This document shows, one piece after another, positions 59,157-64,000 of a DNA stretch of 64,000 bases; positions within the stretch are counted from its first letter, which is position 1; every line of letters begins with the position of its first letter. The translations under genes were made by a program, and so were the position numbers. Origin of the DNA: an uncultured Rhodocyclaceae bacterium (lineage in GTDB: Bacteria > Pseudomonadota > Gammaproteobacteria > Burkholderiales > Rhodocyclaceae); NCBI GenBank assembly GCA_934271525.1, contig CAKQRL010000001.1, forward strand, positions 184,314 to 248,313, read 5' to 3'. Below the pieces are notes generated by a model. It ran no database searches. It saw only the letters and a program-made list of their open reading frames with translations, and was not told the origin of the DNA.

Positions 59157-60608
59157 ATGGCATCCATCACCGCATTAGGCACAGGTTCCGGCATTGATTT
59201 GGAAAGTATGGTAACCAAACTCATGGATGTGGAACGCTTATCCATTACCCGAGTGCAAAACCGCCAAAAAAGCGTGGAGTCGGAAATTTCCGGTTTGGGG
59301 CAGTTGAGCAATGCTTTGTCTTCTATTCAAACGGCGGCAAAAGATTTGTTGCCTGCTTCTTCAACTGCTTCAATGAAAGATACTTTTACCACTTACAAAG
59401 CCAGCGTGGTCAATGAAAAAGTAGCCTCCGCCACTTTAAAATCGGGTGCCAAAAACACAGCCACCGGCGGCTATTCTTTGGAAGTGGAACAATTGGCATC
59501 ATCCCATCGCTTGGTTACCAAAGCAGGTGAAAAAAACGAAGTAACAGAGAATGGCACTTTGAAAATTGAAATCGGTTCTTTGTCGGAAAAAGACGGCAAA
59601 AAAACCTTTTCTGCCAACGGTGCCAAAACCTTGGAAATTGATGTTAAAAAAGACGCTTCATTGTCAGACATTCGTGATGCAATTAACAAAGCAAACGGCG
59701 GCGTATCTGCAACCATTATTAAAGGTTCGGGCGGCGAGCAGTTGGTGCTTTCATCCAAAGATACGGGTTTGGACAATGTGATGAAAATCTCCGGCTTGAA
59801 AAATTTTGCTTTTGACCCTGCCGCCGCCGCCGATTCTGCAACCAACAAAATGAGCGATTCGGCAACTGATGGCGGAGCGGCGGCGCAAAATGCCAAATTG
59901 TCCATTAACGGCATTGCGGCAGAGAGTTCTTCCAACGTGGTGGAAAATGTTTTGGATGGCGTCTCTTTAACGCTTTATGGCACCAATAAAGGTGACCCAA
60001 CCACCGTTTCCGTATCTGTGGATAATTCCACCAAAATTACTGAGAGTTTGGATGCTTTTGTAACTTCTTTTAATGCTTCTGCCACCATTATTTCCGACTT
60101 GGGCAAATACGAACAAGAAACGGGCGAAACTGGTTTGTTGCAAGGCAGAGCCATTTTGCGCAATTCCAAAACGCAACTGACCAAATTGATTTCCGGCAAC
60201 AATGGCATTGCGGGTTCGGAATACCAAAATTTGGCATCCATTGGCGTTTCATTTAGCAAAACAGGCGAGTTGCAGTTGGATTCGTCCATGCTCAAAACCG
60301 CTTTAAGCAGGGATTATGACGGCGTGATGGGCTTGGTGCAAAACACTTTCAAAGGGCTTGATTCGGGCGTGGATAAAATGATTGCCACAGACGGCACGGT
60401 CACCAAATCCACAGAAAGCACCAACAAAATTTTGTCGCAATTAAAAGAGCAAGAATCAACTTTGAATACACGCTTGAATAACATTGAATCACGTTACAGA
60501 AAACAATTTACCAGTTTGGATTCTTTGGTTTCCAGTTGGAACAACATTTCTTCGTATATCTCGCAGTTGGTAGATAGTATGAATGCCAATTCCGGGGCAC
60601 GCAAATAA
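59157..60608 (+). CDS. fliD: flagellar filament capping protein FliD
   Basis: 483 aa. N-terminus ITALGTGSGIDLESMVTKLMDVER, C-terminal coiled coil. Confidence 0.85.
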   Translation: MASITALGTGSGIDLESMVTKLMDVERLSITRVQNRQKSVESEISGLGQLSNALSSIQTAAKDLLPASSTASMKDTFTTYKASVVNEKVASATLKSGAKNTATGGYSLEVEQLASSHRLVTKAGEKNEVTENGTLKIEIGSLSEKDGKKTFSANGAKTLEIDVKKDASLSDIRDAINKANGGVSATIIKGSGGEQLVLSSKDTGLDNVMKISGLKNFAFDPAAAADSATNKMSDSATDGGAAAQNAKLSINGIAAESSSNVVENVLDGVSLTLYGTNKGDPTTVSVSVDNSTKITESLDAFVTSFNASATIISDLGKYEQETGETGLLQGRAILRNSKTQLTKLISGNNGIAGSEYQNLASIGVSFSKTGELQLDSSMLKTALSRDYDGVMGLVQNTFKGLDSGVDKMIATDGTVTKSTESTNKILSQLKEQESTLNTRLNNIESRYRKQFTSLDSLVSSWNNISSYISQLVDSMNANSGARK

Positions 60609-60633
60609 ACAAAAATAAAACAAAACAAGTAAA

Positions 60634-60661
60634 ATAAAACCCTTCTTGTGAAGGGTTTTTT
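60634..60661. terminator. rho-independent terminator after fliD (AAAACCCTTCTTGTGAAGGGTTTTTTT)
   Basis: CCCTTC/GAAGGG stem plus T-run. Confidence 0.8.
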
Positions 60662-60662
60662 T

Positions 60663-61088
60663 ATGTTTGGAACGTTTAACAAACCAACCGCCGCTTATGA
60701 ACAAGTGGGCATTGCATCGGATGTGGCAAGTGCCGACCCGCATCGCTTGATTTTGTTGCTTTTTGAAGGTGCGGCAGCGGCTTTGAACCATGCGCTTTTT
60801 TGCATGGAAGAGGGCGATATTCCGGGCAAAGGGCAATCTATTTCCAAAGCTATTTCTATTATCAACGATGGTTTGTTGGCAAGTTTGGATGTGAAAGCGG
60901 GCGGCGAATTGGCTGAACGCCTTTATGCGCTTTATGAATATATGGTTAATCGCTTACTTTGGGCGAATTTAAAAAACGACAAAACCGTTTTGCAAGAAGT
61001 GCAATACCTTTTGGAAGAAATCCACAGCGCTTGGCGTGCCATCAAACCCAATGCGGATGGCACATTTCCGCCGCCACCCGAAGAATAA
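60663..61088 (+). CDS. fliS: flagellar export chaperone FliS
   Basis: About 141 aa four-helix-bundle FliS pattern (AAYEQVGIASDVASADPHRLILLLFEGA ... LYEYMVNRL). Confidence 0.8.
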   Translation: MFGTFNKPTAAYEQVGIASDVASADPHRLILLLFEGAAAALNHALFCMEEGDIPGKGQSISKAISIINDGLLASLDVKAGGELAERLYALYEYMVNRLLWANLKNDKTVLQEVQYLLEEIHSAWRAIKPNADGTFPPPPEE

Positions 61089-61099
61089 GGCGAGAAACA

Positions 61100-61339
61100 A
61101 TGAAAATCCACGCCATTATTGAAAAGGACGAAAACGGCTATTTTGCCTACGTGCCGAGCTTGCAAGGTTGCGTAACCCAAGGCGAAACCTTGGAAGACAC
61201 TCGGGAGAATATAAAAGAAGCGGTGGCGTTGTATTTGGAAAGTTTGGAAGCTGACGAGATTCAAAGTATTTTGTCTAAACAAGTTACCATCACACCAATT
61301 GAGGTTGCAGGTAGCCATCGCATTTATACGCATTTATAA
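61100..61339 (+). CDS. hicB: HicB-family antitoxin (N-terminal RNase H-like domain only)
   Basis: MKIHAIIEKDENGYFAYVPSLQGCVTQGETLEDTRENIKEA matches the HicB N-domain consensus. 79 aa from an internal ATG in the track ORF. No intact hicA partner. Confidence 0.7.
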   Translation: MKIHAIIEKDENGYFAYVPSLQGCVTQGETLEDTRENIKEAVALYLESLEADEIQSILSKQVTITPIEVAGSHRIYTHL

Positions 61340-61448
61340 AAAAGAAAGTTTGTGAATGGTTTTGCCACACCACGCAGGCAAAGTTTTACACCCAAAAATC
61401 ATCAAAGATTTGTTTAATGTGTTGGAGCGTGCAAGGTTTTTGTAAAAT

Positions 61449-61511
61449 TCCACGGTAAACCGATGTTTTTTTCAAAAAAATAATGCGTTTACCGTGGAAA
61501 ATCGCTATTAA
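61449..61511. repeat. palindromic repeat pair (TTCCACGGTAAACC ... GCGTTTACCGTGGAAAA)
   Basis: Inverted arms with a GATGTTTTTTTCAAAAAAAATAAT spacer. Confidence 0.9.
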
Positions 61512-61545
61512 AATGAAAAAGTTTTAAAGAAAAAGGAGCGTAAAA

Positions 61546-61803
61546 ATGTCCGCCGTTTTAAAACCTGTGGAAGAGCCGACTGATGAAATAACCATTCGCA
61601 TTGCCAAAAAAATCAGCAATGCTTATGCCCGTTATGCCGACATTTTGAATATGCCCAAGGAAGAGTTGCTCGCCCGAGCGTTGGACGCTTTTGTGGAAGA
61701 AATGCACGATGCGGCGGCAATTTTGGAAGCCCGCAAAGCCACCGCCGCAGGCGAGAGAACTTACACTTGGGAAGAAGTGCAAAGAGAAAATGGGCTCATA
61801 TAA
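61546..61803 (+). CDS. putative antitoxin (partner of a truncated RelE/ParE toxin)
   Basis: 85 aa. Overlaps the start of a RelE-like fragment by 14 nt. Confidence 0.4.
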   Translation: MSAVLKPVEEPTDEITIRIAKKISNAYARYADILNMPKEELLARALDAFVEEMHDAAAILEARKATAAGERTYTWEEVQRENGLI

Positions 61804-61915
61804 AATCACCTACACGCCACACGCCCGCAAGCAATTCAAAAGTTTGGATAAATCGGTGCAACGCCGCATTCAAAAATTTTTAAGCGAAGTGGCAGCGCTT
61901 GGTGAAATTTATTAA
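61790..61915 (+). pseudogene. truncated RelE/ParE-family toxin (N-terminal 41 codons only)
   Basis: MGSYKITYTPHARKQFKSLDKSVQRRIQKFLSEVAALGEIY* matches the first half of the RelE/ParE consensus, then stops. Confidence 0.5.
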
Positions 61916-61939
61916 ACAATTTTTAAGAAAGATAACATT

Positions 61940-62401
61940 GTGAGCATTCCATTTTTCCAACCAAAAATTTTGAATAAAGCGTGGGTTTTGTCTGGTGTTT
62001 TGTGGCGAGATGATTTTACAGACGAAGCACGTCAAGGCGCCATTAATGCGGTTAAAGGCAAATATTTTGAATTGTGGGGTGCGGAATTTTTAAAAGATGT
62101 GTTGCCTTGTGGTTATTCTGCGGAATTAGCCGATTCCAAAGTTCAAAAAGGTTGGGATTTAAAGATTTTGAACGCCCACAAGAAAGCGACAGATTTTTTG
62201 CAAGCCAAGGCAACATCTTGCACGGCGTATGTTTATGAATCGCTTGTGCGTTATCCGCAATTTCGGGTTTTGACCACCCACGAAGTGGCGAAAAAAATGC
62301 GCCCTAAAAAGTTTAATAAAACGGAATTTGTTTGGGATTCTGGAATGTTAAACACCGATTTGGGCGAGTGGATTGCAGAAGAATTTTCTAAAAAATACTA
62401 A
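61940..62401 (+). CDS. hypothetical protein (153 aa, GTG start)
   Basis: ORF immediately after the toxin remnant. No recognisable motifs. Confidence 0.4.
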   Translation: MSIPFFQPKILNKAWVLSGVLWRDDFTDEARQGAINAVKGKYFELWGAEFLKDVLPCGYSAELADSKVQKGWDLKILNAHKKATDFLQAKATSCTAYVYESLVRYPQFRVLTTHEVAKKMRPKKFNKTEFVWDSGMLNTDLGEWIAEEFSKKY

Positions 62402-62422
62402 TTTGTTTTTTAATTTTTAATT

Positions 62423-62520
62423 TTTTCCACGGTAAACAAAAAGTTTTTTTGAATTTTTTTTTTGATTGTTTAAGGCGCCAAGCCGACTTTTAAAAAAAAT
62501 CTGCGTTTACCGTGGATTTT
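62423..62520. repeat. palindromic repeat pair with a long spacer (TTTTCCACGGTAAAC ... GCGTTTACCGTGGATTTT)
   Basis: Contains a T11 run. Upstream of the response regulator gene. Confidence 0.85.
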
Positions 62521-62560
62521 TATTTTAAAATTTTCCACAATTTTTGAGCTTGGGGGCGCT

Positions 62561-63259
62561 ATGAAAGAAAGAATTTTGCTGGTGGAAGACGATGAACGCT
62601 TGGCTTCAATCACAGCGGAATATTTAACCAAAAATAATTTTGACGTGAAAATTGAAGGCCGTGGTGATGCAGCCGAAGAACGCATTGTGCGCGAAGCGCC
62701 TGATTTGGTGATTTTGGATGTGATGTTGCCCGGCAAAGATGGCTTTGAAGTTTGCAAAGCCGTGCGTGATAAATACGCCGGCATCATCTTAATGCTGACC
62801 GCGCGCGATGAAGATTATGACCAAATTTTGGGTTTGGAATTGGGCGCTGATGATTACATTGCTAAGCCCGCGCAGCCGCGCGTTTTATTAGCCCGAATCA
62901 AAGCCTTGTTGCGCCGCAACCATGCAAGCGATTGGGCAACGGATGCCGAAACCTTGCAATTTGGCGCTTTTAAAATCAGCCAGCAGACGCGAAGCGCCAC
63001 TTTGAACCAAGAAAATATTGATTTGACCACGGCGGAATTTGATTTGTTGTGGTTAATGGCAACGCATGCGGGCAGTGTTTTGTCGCGCGATGATTTGTTG
63101 CAAGAGTTGCGCGGCATTGGTTTTGATGGTTTGGATCGCTCAATTGATGCGCGAATTTCACGCTTGCGCCGCAAGTTAAATGATGACCCGGACAATCCCA
63201 AACGCATCAAAACCGTGCGCGGCAAGGGTTATTTGTTCAGCAAATATGATTGGGATTAA
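62561..63259 (+). CDS. OmpR-family two-component response regulator
   Basis: REC (ILLVEDDERL, DLVILDVMLPGKDG) plus a winged-helix transcriptional-regulatory domain (RSATLNQENIDLTTAEFDLLWLMATHAG ... VRGKGYLF). Confidence 0.9.
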   Translation: MKERILLVEDDERLASITAEYLTKNNFDVKIEGRGDAAEERIVREAPDLVILDVMLPGKDGFEVCKAVRDKYAGIILMLTARDEDYDQILGLELGADDYIAKPAQPRVLLARIKALLRRNHASDWATDAETLQFGAFKISQQTRSATLNQENIDLTTAEFDLLWLMATHAGSVLSRDDLLQELRGIGFDGLDRSIDARISRLRRKLNDDPDNPKRIKTVRGKGYLFSKYDWD

Positions 63260-64000
63260 ACCTTTTGTGCGTTTATTTCAACGGCAGCGCCGTGGACCAT
63301 ATCGCTTATTGCGGCTTTTTTTGAATTTTTATGTGATTTTCATCGGCGCTTTTGTGGCGATTGCATTTAGCGCCGATTATGTGATTAGTCGCGCGCAACA
63401 CGAGCGCATTGAAGAATACGCGCGCCGTTTTATGCAAGGCACCATTACGATGATAACAACCGATTTGGATCGTTATCCCGTTGTGCTTTGGAGCATTCGT
63501 CTGCAACAATTACAAGCGCATTTTTCTTACCGCCTGCGTATTTTTAAGCGTGAAGAAATCGCGCAACTCTTGCCACAAGTGCGTGATTTGGATGCCTTGG
63601 ATGAAGGCGACATTGTGGTGAATTTTCCTGCCAAAATGATGTATCAGCGGCTTGGCAACACGCCTTTTATTTTGGCTATTGGCCCGTTTTCAAAAGATTT
63701 GCAAAGTCCAGAAGATAGCGCCTCTTTGCCTTTGGAAGCGCGAATGCGGCTTTTGACGTGGTCGCTAATGGCGTTTTTGTTTGCGGTGGTTTTGTATTTT
63801 TGGCTGCGCCCCATTGTGCGCGATTTGGAAAATATGCGCCAAGCCGCCGCCCTTTTTGGCACGCAACGCCGCGACATTCACACGCGGGTGAAAACAAATT
63901 TGTTTGCGCCGTTGTCTATTGCTTTTAATTCAATGATTCGCCGCATTGATGAGCTTTTGCAAACGCACAAGGAATTAACCAGCAGCATCTCGCACGAGTT
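63246..64000 (+). CDS. sensor histidine kinase, partial (runs off the window end)
   Basis: Overlaps the response regulator stop. Two transmembrane segments flank a periplasmic domain, then a HAMP-like region and the start of the H-box (LTSSISHEL). Confidence 0.75.
   Translation, partial: MIGIKPFVRLFQRQRRGPYRLLRLFLNFYVIFIGAFVAIAFSADYVISRAQHERIEEYARRFMQGTITMITTDLDRYPVVLWSIRLQQLQAHFSYRLRIFKREEIAQLLPQVRDLDALDEGDIVVNFPAKMMYQRLGNTPFILAIGPFSKDLQSPEDSASLPLEARMRLLTWSLMAFLFAVVLYFWLRPIVRDLENMRQAAALFGTQRRDIHTRVKTNLFAPLSIAFNSMIRRIDELLQTHKELTSSISHE

Overview
This window looks like a chromosomal segment from a fairly low-GC, flagellated betaproteobacterium. The histidine operon runs hisB-H-A-F-I-E, then a HIT-family gene, then tatABC, the gene order typical of that class. 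Genes are tightly packed on both strands and mostly housekeeping: era, a complete System I cytochrome c maturation operon (ccmABCDEFGHI), lolCD (lipoprotein release), a cheY-cheZ-cheA block with two tandem cheV genes, rsuA, oxyR, purC, guaA, kdsB, thiC, hrpA, lgt, ilvD, cobB. There is PHA (polyhydroxyalkanoate storage polymer) metabolism (phaC, a thiolase, a putative phasin). A fliC-flaG-fliD-fliS flagellar filament block is flanked by toxin-antitoxin genes, and the window ends in an OmpR-type two-component pair. I found no rRNA, no tRNA and no CRISPR array.

Five things stand out:
1. A very abundant palindromic repeat with the core CCACGGT(A/C)AAC (reverse complement GTT(T/G)ACCGTGG). It is often paired around an A/T-rich spacer (TTTTTTGAAAAAAA) to form terminator-like hairpins. 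I count about 40 loci and about 55 arms in 64 kb. It sits between nearly all genes, inside the ccm operon and in frame inside several coding sequences, and in places it supplies TAA stop codons or GTG start-like codons. It may be a species-specific DNA-uptake-sequence-like motif embedded in a small mobile palindromic element (MITE-like) family.
2. An (AG)16 dinucleotide tract at the 5' end of an FkbM-family methyltransferase gene. The tract leaves the upstream ATG out of frame.
3. A G12 homopolymer (C12 on the coding strand) at the 5' end of a partial minus-strand gene. Both tracts are candidate phase-variation switches.
4. A dynamin-like GTPase with a small partner gene, directly upstream of era where rnc would normally sit.
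5. A shared 17-mer (TTGTTGCACTGCAAAAA), with direct repeats upstream of the phasin gene and a related copy upstream of phaC, as a candidate PHA regulon operator.

The ORF track's start codons are often wrong where a GTG inside the repeat core was used. I corrected several starts using conserved N-termini.
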